Assembly: GCA_040754455.1 (NCBI GenBank)
Contig: JBFMCP010000023.1
Coordinates: forward strand, 1-51,990
Source: Nitrospirota bacterium
Lineage (GTDB): Bacteria > Nitrospirota > Thermodesulfovibrionia > Thermodesulfovibrionales > Dissulfurispiraceae
DNA length: 51,990 bases
Reading direction: 5' to 3'
Notes under the pieces: generated by a model
What the model was told of the DNA's origin: nothing
Databases searched by the model: none
The model's input: the letters and a program-made list of their open reading frames with translations, nothing else
Position numbers and translations under genes: made by a program
Part shown: positions 28,277-37,567 of the stretch, one piece after another
How positions within the stretch are numbered: position 1 is the first letter of the stretch
Layout of the letters: the number at the start of each line of letters is the position of its first letter

Positions 28277-29505
28277 TATTCGTACCTCAGCGGGTCAACA
28301 GGATTGAGCCGTGCCGCATAATATGAAGGATACAGGGTCGAGATAAGGCTGATGGTTACCGCAGAAACCGAGACGACGATGAAATCGATGAATTTCATTT
28401 TCACCGGCAGCTTGCTGAGATAGTACACGTCGGCAGGAAGCTTTATGATCTCATAATTGTTGAGGACAACGCCGAGCGCATAGCCGCCTGCCACGCCGAT
28501 AACCGTCCCGACAAATCCGATGAGCAGCCCTTGGAACACGAAGACCAGCATCACGCTCCGGTTCGTCGCCCCCATGGCCTTTAAGATAGCAATCTCTTTC
28601 TGCTTCTCCATGACATTCATCATCAGGGTGCTGACGATATTGAAAGAGGCGACCAGCACAATCAGAATAAGGATGATGAACATCGCAAACTTCTCGAGCT
28701 TTAATGCGGAAAAGAGGTTCCGGTTCATCTGCATCCAATCCTTAACGTAAAAAGGGAACCCGAGCTTTTGATTGATCGAGGTACGCACTTTCGGCGCCTT
28801 GTAGATATCATCCAGCCGCAGCTCGATCCCCGACACCGCATCGCCGTAGCCGAAAAAGTTCTGGGCAGCCTTCATATCCACCAGCACGAGGCTCGTATCG
28901 TACTCATACATGCCTATTTCGAAGACCGCCGCGACTTTGAACTGCTTCACCTTCGGCAGCATGCCGAGGGGTCCGATCTCGCCGACAGGGGAGATGACAT
29001 TGACGGTATCGCCCACCATCACGCCGATCATGCCGGCCAGCTCACTGCCGATGATGATCCAGGGCATCCCGTCCTTTTCCAGGAGATTATTCACATTTCC
29101 CTGCTTGATGTGCTGCAGAATATCGGTCGTCTTGAATTCATGGACAGGATCGATGCCCCTCAGAAAGACACCGTGCGCCCTCTTGCCCGACGACACCATC
29201 ACCTGTCCCAGTACGAAAGGCGCGGTGGAGACCACATGGGGCTCGTTTTTGATCTTTTCGATAACAGGACGGTACTCATCGATGCCGCCCTTGTAATTGA
29301 GGACGATGGCATGGGCATTCGCGCCCAGAATCTTCTTCTGGAGATCCTCATGAAAACCGCTCATGACCGACAGGACGACGAGGAGCGCCATAACACCGAC
29401 CGCCACGCCGCAAATGGATATAATGGCGTTAAAGGAGATGCCCCTGTTCTTCTTTTTTGATTTGAGATAGCGCAAGGCTATGAAAAGCGGATAGGTGAAG
29501 TTCAT
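28276..29505 (-). CDS. lolE: Lipoprotein-releasing ABC permease LolC/E
   Basis: IALRYL, VLSVMSGF, LFSALKLEK, VASFNIVSTL, EIAILKAMGA, P..LRYE. Confidence 0.92.
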   Translation of the reverse strand: MNFTYPLFIALRYLKSKKKNRGISFNAIISICGVAVGVMALLVVLSVMSGFHEDLQKKILGANAHAIVLNYKGGIDEYRPVIEKIKNEPHVVSTAPFVLGQVMVSSGKRAHGVFLRGIDPVHEFKTTDILQHIKQGNVNNLLEKDGMPWIIIGSELAGMIGVMVGDTVNVISPVGEIGPLGMLPKVKQFKVAAVFEIGMYEYDTSLVLVDMKAAQNFFGYGDAVSGIELRLDDIYKAPKVRTSINQKLGFPFYVKDWMQMNRNLFSALKLEKFAMFIILILIVLVASFNIVSTLMMNVMEKQKEIAILKAMGATNRSVMLVFVFQGLLIGFVGTVIGVAGGYALGVVLNNYEIIKLPADVYYLSKLPVKMKFIDFIVVSVSAVTISLISTLYPSYYAARLNPVDPLRYE

Positions 29506-29573
29506 TCTCTATATTATATGGCCAGGACCGAGGTTACGCAATGTATCTTTTCGCTCAGCCGGAATGCAGCAGG

Positions 29574-31049
29574 TTACGCTTCCGGTTTGAGTTGCGGGAA
29601 GAGCACCACATCCCTGATCGATGAGGAATTGGTCAGGAGCATCACGAGCCGGTCGATCCCGATGCCCTCACCGGCGGCAGGCGGCATACCGTACTCGAGC
29701 GCCCGTACGAAGTCCTCGTCCATCCAGTGCGCCTCTTCATCACCCTTGTTTTTTGCCTCGACTTGCTTCATGAAGCGCTCCTTTTGGTCGATAGGGTCGT
29801 TCAATTCGGAAAAGGCATTGGCGATCTCCCGCGCTGCCATGAAGAGCTCGAATCGCTCGACAAGCGCAGGGCAATCCGCCTTTCTCTTCGCGAGCGGTGA
29901 AAGCTCCACCGGATAATCGATAATAAACGTCGGCTGTATCAGGTCCGGCTCGACAAACTCTTTGAATATCTCATCCAGCACCTTGGCATGGGACGAACCC
30001 GTCGGGATATCGAGCTTTTTCGAACGCGCCCAGGCAACCGCTTTCTCGGGATCGGTGATGGCCTCCTCGGGGACCCCTTTCTCTTTCAGTGCCTCAAGCA
30101 TGGGAATCTTCGGCCAGGGGGGCGTCAGGTCTATGATAGTGTCGTTATAAGGAACTTTCAATGTGCCGATCGCCTTGTTTGCGACGTGGGCAAAGAGCTC
30201 TTCAGTAAAGGACATCAGAAAATGGTAATCCTTATACGCCATATAGAATTCGAGCATGGTGAACTCGGGATTGTGCTTTGTCGAGATACCCTCGTTCCTG
30301 AAATTCTTGTTCAGCTCGAAGACCCGCTCATAGCCGCCCACGAGGAGCCGTTTCAGGTAGAGCTCGGGAGCTATCCTCAAATACAAATCGATATCGAGCG
30401 CATTGTGATGCGTCTTGAAGGGCCGGGCGGCAGCGCCTCCGGGAATCTGGTGCATCATGGGAGTTTCGACCTCGATGAACCCGTGCGACTCGAGGAAGTC
30501 CCTGATTCCTTTGATGATGGCGCTCCGCTTTGCAAAGACGTCCTTCACTTCGGGATTCACGATCAAATCAACATACCGCTGCCGGTACCTGATCTCGATA
30601 TCCTTGAGCCCGTGCCATTTCTCGGGGAGCGGCCGCAGGGATTTGCTCAGGAGCGCAAGCTCCCTTACCTCTATGGTAAGCTCATTGGTCTTTGTCCTGA
30701 AAAGCCTGCCCGAAACGCCGATGATATCGCCGATATCGAGCTTCTTTACTAGTACGTACTTCTCGCCGAGGATATCTTTTTTAAGATATATCTGTATTCT
30801 GCCCGTGGCGTCCTGAAGGTGGGCAAAAGAGGCCTTGCCGAAATCGCGCATCGCCACAATCCTGCCTGCGATCGAGGTCAGGACCTCATGGGCCTCCAAG
30901 TCCTCTTTCGGGACAGGCTCGTATTCCTGTTTCAGTCGTGCGGCATGAGATTCGGGATAAAACCGGCCGTCATAAGGATTGATCCCCAGGCTCTTCAATT
31001 CATCGAGTTTTTTATAGCGCTGCTCTATGAGATCGTTCGTTTCTTCCAT
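29574..31049 (-). CDS. lysS: Lysine-tRNA ligase (class II)
   Basis: [43 protein letters not shown]; start taken at MEETND. Confidence 0.96.
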   Translation of the reverse strand: MEETNDLIEQRYKKLDELKSLGINPYDGRFYPESHAARLKQEYEPVPKEDLEAHEVLTSIAGRIVAMRDFGKASFAHLQDATGRIQIYLKKDILGEKYVLVKKLDIGDIIGVSGRLFRTKTNELTIEVRELALLSKSLRPLPEKWHGLKDIEIRYRQRYVDLIVNPEVKDVFAKRSAIIKGIRDFLESHGFIEVETPMMHQIPGGAAARPFKTHHNALDIDLYLRIAPELYLKRLLVGGYERVFELNKNFRNEGISTKHNPEFTMLEFYMAYKDYHFLMSFTEELFAHVANKAIGTLKVPYNDTIIDLTPPWPKIPMLEALKEKGVPEEAITDPEKAVAWARSKKLDIPTGSSHAKVLDEIFKEFVEPDLIQPTFIIDYPVELSPLAKRKADCPALVERFELFMAAREIANAFSELNDPIDQKERFMKQVEAKNKGDEEAHWMDEDFVRALEYGMPPAAGEGIGIDRLVMLLTNSSSIRDVVLFPQLKPEA

Positions 31050-31094
31050 AAGCTTTTGATTATACTTATCGAGCTTTGTACAAGTCAAACACGG

Positions 31095-31197
31095 CAGCCA
31101 TCGGCCACCAGCCGTCGGCAATCAGCAAAGAGGAACAAGCAACAGAACGGAATGTACATTTTTAAGATGAGAGCCGACGGCTGGTGGCCGATGGCTG
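31095..31197. repeat. Perfect 25-bp inverted repeat with 53-bp spacer, 7-mer periodic
   Basis: cagccatcggccaccagccgtcggc (31095-31119) and its exact reverse complement (31173-31197). Confidence 0.9.
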
Positions 31198-31218
31198 AAT
31201 ATAACACATTGAATTATC

Positions 31219-31247
31219 TTGACAGGATCATCGAAATCTTCTAAATT
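31219..31247 (+). promoter_or_regulatory. sigma70 promoter of tpiA (leaderless geometry)
   Basis: TTGACA-N17-TAAATT-N6-ATG, no SD. Confidence 0.6.
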
Positions 31248-31253
31248 ATAAAG

Positions 31254-32003
31254 ATGCGCAGACCATTCTTAGCAGCCAACTGGAAAATGAACAAGACCGT
31301 AGGAGAGACGCGGTCTTTTCTGAACGAGTTCATCCCCCTTGTAAAGGACGTAAAAGATGCTGATATTGTGATCGCACCGCCTTTTACATCACTGCCTGCG
31401 GCTTCGGCGCTCTTGAAAAATACCAATATCGCGTTATCCGCTCAGGATATGTTTTATGAAGACAGAGGCGCCTATACCGGAGAGGTATCGCCGCTCATGC
31501 TCACCGATCTCGGCTGCGCACACGTGATCATCGGCCACTCCGAGCGCCGCCAGTACTTTAAAGAGACCGACGATATCCTGAATAAAAAAGTAAAAGCCGC
31601 GCGCAGGCATAATCTGAAGGTCATCTTCTGCGTCGGCGAATCCCTGGAGGAACGGGAAGCGGGAAAGACCTTCGATATATTGAAAAGAGAGCTGCACGAG
31701 GGACTGAAAGATGTCGCCCCCGAAGGCATTGTCGTAGCGTACGAGCCGATCTGGGCGATCGGCACCGGAAAGACCGCAACCACGGAACAGGCCCAGGAGG
31801 CGCACAAATATATTCGCGAGCAGCTCTCCACGGTCTTCGGCACAGCGGCACAGGAAATGAGGATACTCTACGGCGGGAGCGTAACCCCCGAGAACATCGA
31901 CGCCCTCATGGCGGGCCCTGACGTGGACGGCGCGCTCGTCGGCGGCGCTAGCCTGAAGGCAGACAGCTTTGCTAAAATAGTAACATTCAATCGCACGAAA
32001 TAA
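31254..32003 (+). CDS. tpiA: Triosephosphate isomerase
   Basis: ANWKMNK, GHSERR, AYEPIWAIGTG, YGGSV, LVGGASL. Confidence 0.97.
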   Translation: MRRPFLAANWKMNKTVGETRSFLNEFIPLVKDVKDADIVIAPPFTSLPAASALLKNTNIALSAQDMFYEDRGAYTGEVSPLMLTDLGCAHVIIGHSERRQYFKETDDILNKKVKAARRHNLKVIFCVGESLEEREAGKTFDILKRELHEGLKDVAPEGIVVAYEPIWAIGTGKTATTEQAQEAHKYIREQLSTVFGTAAQEMRILYGGSVTPENIDALMAGPDVDGALVGGASLKADSFAKIVTFNRTK

Positions 32004-32014
32004 CGGAGGTAGTG

Positions 32015-32353
32015 GTGACAATACTGTTAATAATCCTGCATGTCCTGGCAAGCTTCTTTTTAATTGCCATAGTGCTGCTGCAGAGCGGCAAGGGCGCCGA
32101 GATGGGTGCAGCCTTCGGCGGCTCAAGCCAGACGATCTTCGGTAGCAGAGGCGCGGCGACCGTTCTCAACAAGATCACGACCATTTCAGCAGTCGTCTTC
32201 ATGTTGACGTCGCTCACGCTTACCATGGTGACGACAAAGGGAACTTCCGTAATACGGCAGACTGCGCCGGCCGACCAGAAGAAGGCCATTCCGCAACAGG
32301 CGCCGCAGCAAGTACCGCAGCAGCAGTTGCCGCAGCAGCCGCTCAAGAAGTAA
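32015..32353 (+). CDS. secG: Preprotein translocase subunit SecG
   Basis: VLLQSGKGAEMGAAFGG...; follows tpiA; GTG at 32015 (or 32012) after GGAGG. Confidence 0.93.
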   Translation: MTILLIILHVLASFFLIAIVLLQSGKGAEMGAAFGGSSQTIFGSRGAATVLNKITTISAVVFMLTSLTLTMVTTKGTSVIRQTAPADQKKAIPQQAPQQVPQQQLPQQPLKK

Positions 32354-32362
32354 CAATGTACG

Positions 32363-32442
32363 TGTCAGTGGTTAGTGTCAGTGACTGGAGAGCACAGAAT
32401 TAATAGATATTTTTTATTATCAATACTGGCACTGACACTGAC
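32363..32442. repeat. gtcagt/actgac periodic palindromic repeat; a related copy lies at 40832-40856
   Basis: tgtcagtggttagtgtcagtgactg ... ggcactgacactgac. Confidence 0.6.
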
Positions 32443-33994
32443 AATTCTTCTTTCCGGTTGTTCCCGCGAGCCCGAGATCAAGCATCCCAACACTATTACC
32501 GTAGGCTCTCTCGCCGATGCCAAGAGGCTCATCCCCTTTCTTGCCTCTGATGGCGCTTCGGGAGAGATCAGCGGCCATATTTTTAACGGCCTGACGAAGT
32601 ACGACAAGAACATTAATGTCATCGGTGACTTGGCGGAATCCTGGGAGGTAAGTCCTGATGGGTTACGGATCATCTTTCATCTGCGCAAAGGAGTCAAATG
32701 GCACGACGGAGCGGAATTCACCGCAGAAGATGTGCTGTTCACCTATCAGATGGTCACCAATCCCTCTCTACCGACTCCCTACAGCAGCAACTATGGTCCG
32801 GTAGACAACGTGGAAATCGCAGATAAGTACACGGTCAAAGTTACTTATAAAGAACCGTATGCGCCGGCTTTGGAATCATGGGGCATGGGGATCATTCCCA
32901 AGCACGCGCTTCAGGGAAAAGATATCGCATCTCCGGTGGTCAACCGCAACCCTATAGGCACCGGCCCGTACAAACTGAAAGAATGGATTACCGGACAGAA
33001 GATCGTACTCGAGGCCTTTGATGACTATTTTGAAGGACGGCCGAACATTGACCGTTTTGTTTCCCGGATCATTCCCGATACCGCGACTATGTTTCTGGAA
33101 TTGAAATTCGGCGGCATCGACTTCATGGGAATTACACCGCCGCAGTACAAATTGCAGGCTAATACCGATTTCTTCAACAGAAATTTTCAGAAGTTCCGCT
33201 ATCCCTCTTTCGGCTATACCTATCTGGGATATAACCTCTTGCATCCGCTCTTCAAGGATATTCGCGTGCGACAGGCAATCGCCCACTCCATTAACAAGGA
33301 TGAGCTTATTGCTGGTGTTTTATTGGGCTACGGGACGCCGGCTACCGGCCCTTTCCCTCCCGAGTCATGGGCGTACAACCCTGACGTCAAAGGCTATGAA
33401 TACAGCCCCGAAAAAGCAGTGGCTCTCCTCTCGAAACTGGGATGGAAGAAAAACGCATACGGAGTCCTCGAAAAAAAGGGGAGGCCGTTCTCTTTCACGG
33501 TCTTGGTCAACCAGGGCAATGAGGCACGGCTCAAAACCGCACAGATCATCAAAGAGCAGTTGAAGCGGGTCGGCATCGATATGAATATAAAGGTCCTCGA
33601 GTGGCAGGCAATGCTCCATGACTTCATTGACAAGAAACAGTTTGAAGCGGTCATCATGGGGTGGGCGCTATCACGTGACCCCGACCTTTACGACATCTGG
33701 CACTCCTCTAAGACGAGGGAGGGAGAATTCAACTTCATCTCGTACAAGAATGAGGAAGTGGACCGTCTGCTCATCGAAGGCCGCCAGACCTTCGATAAGG
33801 AAAAAAGGAAAAAGATTTACCACCGAGTCCATGCCATACTCGCCGAAGAGCAGCCGTACACCTTCCTCTATGTCCCCGACGCGCTCCCGGTACTCCACAA
33901 GCGGTTCAAAGGTGTAGAGAAAGCGCCGATCGGTATATGGCACGACTTCATCCACTGGTACGTGCCGAAGAACAAGGCGGAGTGGTATCAATAA
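32375..33994 (+). CDS. Peptide/nickel ABC substrate-binding lipoprotein (family 5)
   Basis: Lipobox LSGC, GDLAESW, LRKGVKWHDG, PIGTGPY; start uncertain. Confidence 0.9.
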   Translation: MSVTGEHRINRYFLLSILALTLTILLSGCSREPEIKHPNTITVGSLADAKRLIPFLASDGASGEISGHIFNGLTKYDKNINVIGDLAESWEVSPDGLRIIFHLRKGVKWHDGAEFTAEDVLFTYQMVTNPSLPTPYSSNYGPVDNVEIADKYTVKVTYKEPYAPALESWGMGIIPKHALQGKDIASPVVNRNPIGTGPYKLKEWITGQKIVLEAFDDYFEGRPNIDRFVSRIIPDTATMFLELKFGGIDFMGITPPQYKLQANTDFFNRNFQKFRYPSFGYTYLGYNLLHPLFKDIRVRQAIAHSINKDELIAGVLLGYGTPATGPFPPESWAYNPDVKGYEYSPEKAVALLSKLGWKKNAYGVLEKKGRPFSFTVLVNQGNEARLKTAQIIKEQLKRVGIDMNIKVLEWQAMLHDFIDKKQFEAVIMGWALSRDPDLYDIWHSSKTREGEFNFISYKNEEVDRLLIEGRQTFDKEKRKKIYHRVHAILAEEQPYTFLYVPDALPVLHKRFKGVEKAPIGIWHDFIHWYVPKNKAEWYQ

Positions 33995-34068
33995 TTTCGC
34001 CGCTCTCCTGAATCGCCGGAGATTCCTTCCCCTGCCATTTTCTTCCTGTTTAAGTTAAACTTAGAAAT

Positions 34069-35055
34069 ATGTCCATTATCACGGTAGAGAATTTATCAAA
34101 ACGGTTCGGCGATCTTGCCGCTGTCGATGGGATATCCTTCGAAGTTGAAAAGGGTACCATCTTCGGCTTCCTCGGGCCGAACGGCGCAGGGAAAACGACG
34201 ACCATCAATATCCTGTGTACCCTGCTCTCTCCGACATCAGGTACTGCCCGCATCAACGGCCATGACTGTATGAAAGGGTCTGCGGAAGTCAGAAAGGTGA
34301 TCGGGATCGTCTTTCAAGACAACACACTCGATAAAGAGCTGACCGCTTATGAGAACCTGCTCTTCCATTCCTATCTCTACCAGATTCCGAAGAAAGTGCG
34401 TAAAGTAAGAATAGAAGAGGCGTTGAACTTCGTCGGTCTATTCGAGAGAAGAAACGAACAGGTGAAGAAGTTCTCGGGAGGCATGAAGCGCCGGCTCGAA
34501 GTGGCGCGGTCGATCATCCATCAGCCCAAGGTGCTCTTCCTCGACGAGCCGACCCTCGGGCTCGACCCCCAGAGCAGGACGAACCTCTGGGAGTTCATTG
34601 CCACGTTACCTGAGCAGCAGGATGTCACCGTATTCATGACAACCCATTACATGGAAGAGGCCGAGATATGTAACAAGATCGCCGTCATCGATAAAGGCAA
34701 AATCATCGCGTCGGGGTCGCCCGAGGATCTGAAGAAATCCATAGGCGGCGACGTCATCTATCTAAAAACGCGGAATAACACACAGGCGGTACAGGAAATA
34801 AAGGACAAGCTTCGCATCGATGCCGAGGAGCGGGACGGAGAGGTCTTCCTCTCGGTTGCCAAAGGCGATGCATGCATTCCGACACTCATTACGACGCTTG
34901 CGGATATGGTGATCTCGGTACGCCTCCAGAGACCGACGCTGAACGACGTCTTTTTGAAGCTTACCGGCAAGGCCATACGCCCTGAATCGGTAACCGGCGG
35001 TGATGAACTGAAAGCAGCCATTCGGTCGTATAGAAGAAAGTTCGACAAAGGATAA
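34069..35055 (+). CDS. ABC-2 exporter ATP-binding protein (DrrA-like)
   Basis: GPNGAGKTT, FSGGMKRRLE, LDEPTLGLDPQSR. Confidence 0.9.
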   Translation: MSIITVENLSKRFGDLAAVDGISFEVEKGTIFGFLGPNGAGKTTTINILCTLLSPTSGTARINGHDCMKGSAEVRKVIGIVFQDNTLDKELTAYENLLFHSYLYQIPKKVRKVRIEEALNFVGLFERRNEQVKKFSGGMKRRLEVARSIIHQPKVLFLDEPTLGLDPQSRTNLWEFIATLPEQQDVTVFMTTHYMEEAEICNKIAVIDKGKIIASGSPEDLKKSIGGDVIYLKTRNNTQAVQEIKDKLRIDAEERDGEVFLSVAKGDACIPTLITTLADMVISVRLQRPTLNDVFLKLTGKAIRPESVTGGDELKAAIRSYRRKFDKG

Positions 35056-35064
35056 CGGAGAACC

Positions 35065-35835
35065 ATGCTACGTTCTGATCTTAACGCCATATACGTCGTC
35101 GTTGCACGGGAGTTCATAAAGTTCGTCAGAGAGCGTGGAAGACTGATCTCGACACTGGCCCGGCCCCTCATCTGGCTCTTCCTCGTCGGCGGCGGTATGT
35201 CGCGTATGGTATCGCCCGATATGGGAATGCCTTACATGCAGTTCATCTTTCCCGGCATTATCGGCATGACAATCCTCTTCAGCTCGATCTTCTCTTCCAT
35301 CTCGATCATCTGGGACAAGGAATTCGGGTTCATGAAAGAGATGCTGGTGGCACCGGTGTCGCGGTTCTCCATTGTGGTCGGCAAGGCGCTGAGCGGCACC
35401 GTGGTCTCGACGCTGCAGGCCCTCATCATACTGCTTCTTTTCCCTGTGATCGGGTTCAAGCTTGGCATCGTCCAAATCCTTCTCATTCTCGGCATCTCCA
35501 TCCTCCTCTCCTTCTGTATCTCCTCGCTGGGCATACTGATCGCGTCATTCTATGAGAACTTCGAAAGCTTTAGTGTGATAATGAACTTCATCGTTATGCC
35601 CATGTTCTTCTTATCGGGAGCGATGTACCCGGTGAAACTCCTTCCGCCGCTGCTCGGTCTGTTCACCAGGATCAATCCGCTGACGTACGGGATCGATGCG
35701 CTCAAATATATGGTCTTTCCCGAAAAGAAGCTGCTGACCCACGATTTCCCGCTGGGGCTCGACATCGCGGTCATTGCCGTTGCGTCGGTCGTTTTTGTGG
35801 TCATCGCAGGGAATGTCTTCGAAAAAAGAAAATAG
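35065..35835 (+). CDS. ABC-2 exporter permease (DrrB-like)
   Basis: DKEFGFMKEMLVAP, PMFFLSGAMYP, NPLTY. Confidence 0.9.
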   Translation: MLRSDLNAIYVVVAREFIKFVRERGRLISTLARPLIWLFLVGGGMSRMVSPDMGMPYMQFIFPGIIGMTILFSSIFSSISIIWDKEFGFMKEMLVAPVSRFSIVVGKALSGTVVSTLQALIILLLFPVIGFKLGIVQILLILGISILLSFCISSLGILIASFYENFESFSVIMNFIVMPMFFLSGAMYPVKLLPPLLGLFTRINPLTYGIDALKYMVFPEKKLLTHDFPLGLDIAVIAVASVVFVVIAGNVFEKRK

Positions 35836-35849
35836 AAAGGTCGTCTACA

Positions 35850-36611
35850 ATGACTCCCGTTGATCTCTACAAAAAATTACCTAAAAAGAATTGCGGCGAC
35901 TGCAGGCAAAAGACCTGCATGCCTTTTGCCTTGGCAGTCATAAAAGGGGAGGCCCGGCTGGCAGAGTGCCCGCATCTCTCTCAGGAGGAAGTCACTGCTT
36001 TGCAAAGCTCTTTCACGGCTTCGGACTGGCGCGAGGAGTTGATAGCAAAGCTGAGAGCAGAAATCAGAAATATCAGGCTCTCCGATATCGCCGCCGATCT
36101 CGGCGCCGAGCTCAGAGACGGTACGCTCTTTATCAGATGCCTCGGAAGAGAGTTCAGCATTACGTCCGACGGTGAAATAGCGACCAGAGGCCATATCACG
36201 CCCTGGATAAAAATACTGCTCCTGCACTACATCAGGACCGCCGGAAAAGGCGCCCTGACCGGCAAATGGGTATCCTACAGTGAGCTCAAGAGCGGCATGG
36301 TAAAGGCGACCTCCTTTAAACGGGAATGTGAGGACCCGCTGAAGGAGCTTTTCGAGAAAGATGCCGGTAAAGTAGCTGCTGCCCTTGCAAGGCTCGGAGC
36401 AGAGCGGCGTGAGGATTTTCCCACAAAGCAGGCCTGGCATCTCTTCCTCCTCCCCCGGATATCCGTCGTCATCCTCTACTGGCCCGGTGAGGACGAATTC
36501 AATGCCGAAGTGAAGATACTTTTCGATGCGGTCGCCGACCAGTACCTCGACGCCGAATCTTTGATCTTCCTCCTGGAAGGCCTTGTTAAAAATATCGAAA
36601 TGCAATTTTAA
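35850..36611 (+). CDS. Fe-S-cluster N-terminal domain plus DUF3786-like protein
   Basis: LPKKNCGDCRQKTCMPFA...CPHL; C-terminal W.GEDEF...ILFD. Confidence 0.75.
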   Translation: MTPVDLYKKLPKKNCGDCRQKTCMPFALAVIKGEARLAECPHLSQEEVTALQSSFTASDWREELIAKLRAEIRNIRLSDIAADLGAELRDGTLFIRCLGREFSITSDGEIATRGHITPWIKILLLHYIRTAGKGALTGKWVSYSELKSGMVKATSFKRECEDPLKELFEKDAGKVAAALARLGAERREDFPTKQAWHLFLLPRISVVILYWPGEDEFNAEVKILFDAVADQYLDAESLIFLLEGLVKNIEMQF

Positions 36612-36729
36612 TCCTTGACAAGAAAAAGTAGATATGGTATTAATTGAGATGACGTGAAAATACCACCCAATTTTTGGCGAAATCGTGGTAGCGTTTTTTT
36701 CAACAAACATGTGGAAGGAGGTGACTACG

Positions 36730-36933
36730 TTGAAGAAGATCTTTGCTTTAATACTTTCCTTAATGCTCGTTGTAGCCTTTACCTTCGCAGTCGGCTGCAA
36801 GAAGGCTGAAGAGCCGAAGGCGCCTGAGGCACCGGCTCCGGCTCCGGCACCGGCTCCCGCTCCGGCACCGGCTCCTGAGCAGGCACCTGCTCCGGCCCCT
36901 GCTGAGAAGCCTGCAGAAGCTCCGAAGAAGTAG
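36730..36933 (+). CDS. Small Pro/Ala-rich lipoprotein
   Basis: SD AAGGAGGT plus TTG; signal KKIFALILS...AVGC; (PA)n tract; own promoter (TTGACA at 36615) and terminator. Confidence 0.75.
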   Translation: MKKIFALILSLMLVVAFTFAVGCKKAEEPKAPEAPAPAPAPAPAPAPAPEQAPAPAPAEKPAEAPKK

Positions 36934-36943
36934 TTTCATACAT

Positions 36944-36987
36944 AACACCATGAGGGTCCAAAAAGGTCCCTCATGGTGTTGCTTTTT
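36944..36987 (+). terminator. Intrinsic terminator
   Basis: aacaccatgaggg-N11-ccctcatggtgtt followed by gcttttt. Confidence 0.75.
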
Positions 36988-37040
36988 GCACTAATAACTG
37001 TTATATTTTAAATAGATTATTTTTCCGAGAACTTCCTTTT

Positions 37041-37071
37041 AAAAGAGTGGGCAGTCCCACTCTTTTGTTTT
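37041..37071 (+). promoter_or_regulatory. rimP leader hairpin/attenuator
   Basis: aaaagagtggg-cagt-cccactctttt plus gtttt upstream of rimP, matching the widely conserved rimP leader stem. Confidence 0.75.
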
Positions 37072-37082
37072 AGAGGGGTACG

Positions 37083-37556
37083 GTGAATACTGCGACGGTA
37101 AAACAGAAAGTCCATGAATTGGCAGCTCAGGCCGCTGAGGGTGAGGGATTGGAGCTGGTGGGTATCGATCTCCTCGGCCAGGGCAGGAGAACGCTCCTCC
37201 GCGTCGTTGTCGACAAAGAGGGCGGGGTGACCATTGCTGATTGCGAGCGGATGAGCAGGAGTCTTGAGGCGTTGCTCGATGTGGAGGACCCGATAAAGAG
37301 CCCCTATGTGCTCGAGGTCTCTTCACCGGGGCTCGACCGGCCGCTCACGACACAGAGGGACTTCGAGAGGAACATCGAAAAGCTTGCCCGGGTCGTCACC
37401 ACCGAAAAGATCGACAACCAGACCTTCTTTGTCGGAAGAATCATCGATGTCGGTGAAGGCTGGATACGGCTCAAGATTGAAAAGGGGGCCGGTAAAGACC
37501 TCTTTATCCCCCTGGATAAAATTGCAAAGGCAAGACTGGAAATAGAAATAAAATAG
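37083..37556 (+). CDS. rimP: Ribosome maturation factor RimP
   Basis: DCERMSR...LDVEDPI...YVLEVSSPGLDRPL. Confidence 0.95.
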   Translation: MNTATVKQKVHELAAQAAEGEGLELVGIDLLGQGRRTLLRVVVDKEGGVTIADCERMSRSLEALLDVEDPIKSPYVLEVSSPGLDRPLTTQRDFERNIEKLARVVTTEKIDNQTFFVGRIIDVGEGWIRLKIEKGAGKDLFIPLDKIAKARLEIEIK

Positions 37557-37567
37557 GAGCATCGGCA

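Noticed and set aside
32354..32374. tRNA-Leu often found after secG
   Set aside because: No cloverleaf or T-loop and no room for one.
36820..36905. Tandem gctccg/gcaccg repeats as CRISPR or a non-coding VNTR
   Set aside because: In-frame Pro-Ala codons with no spacers.
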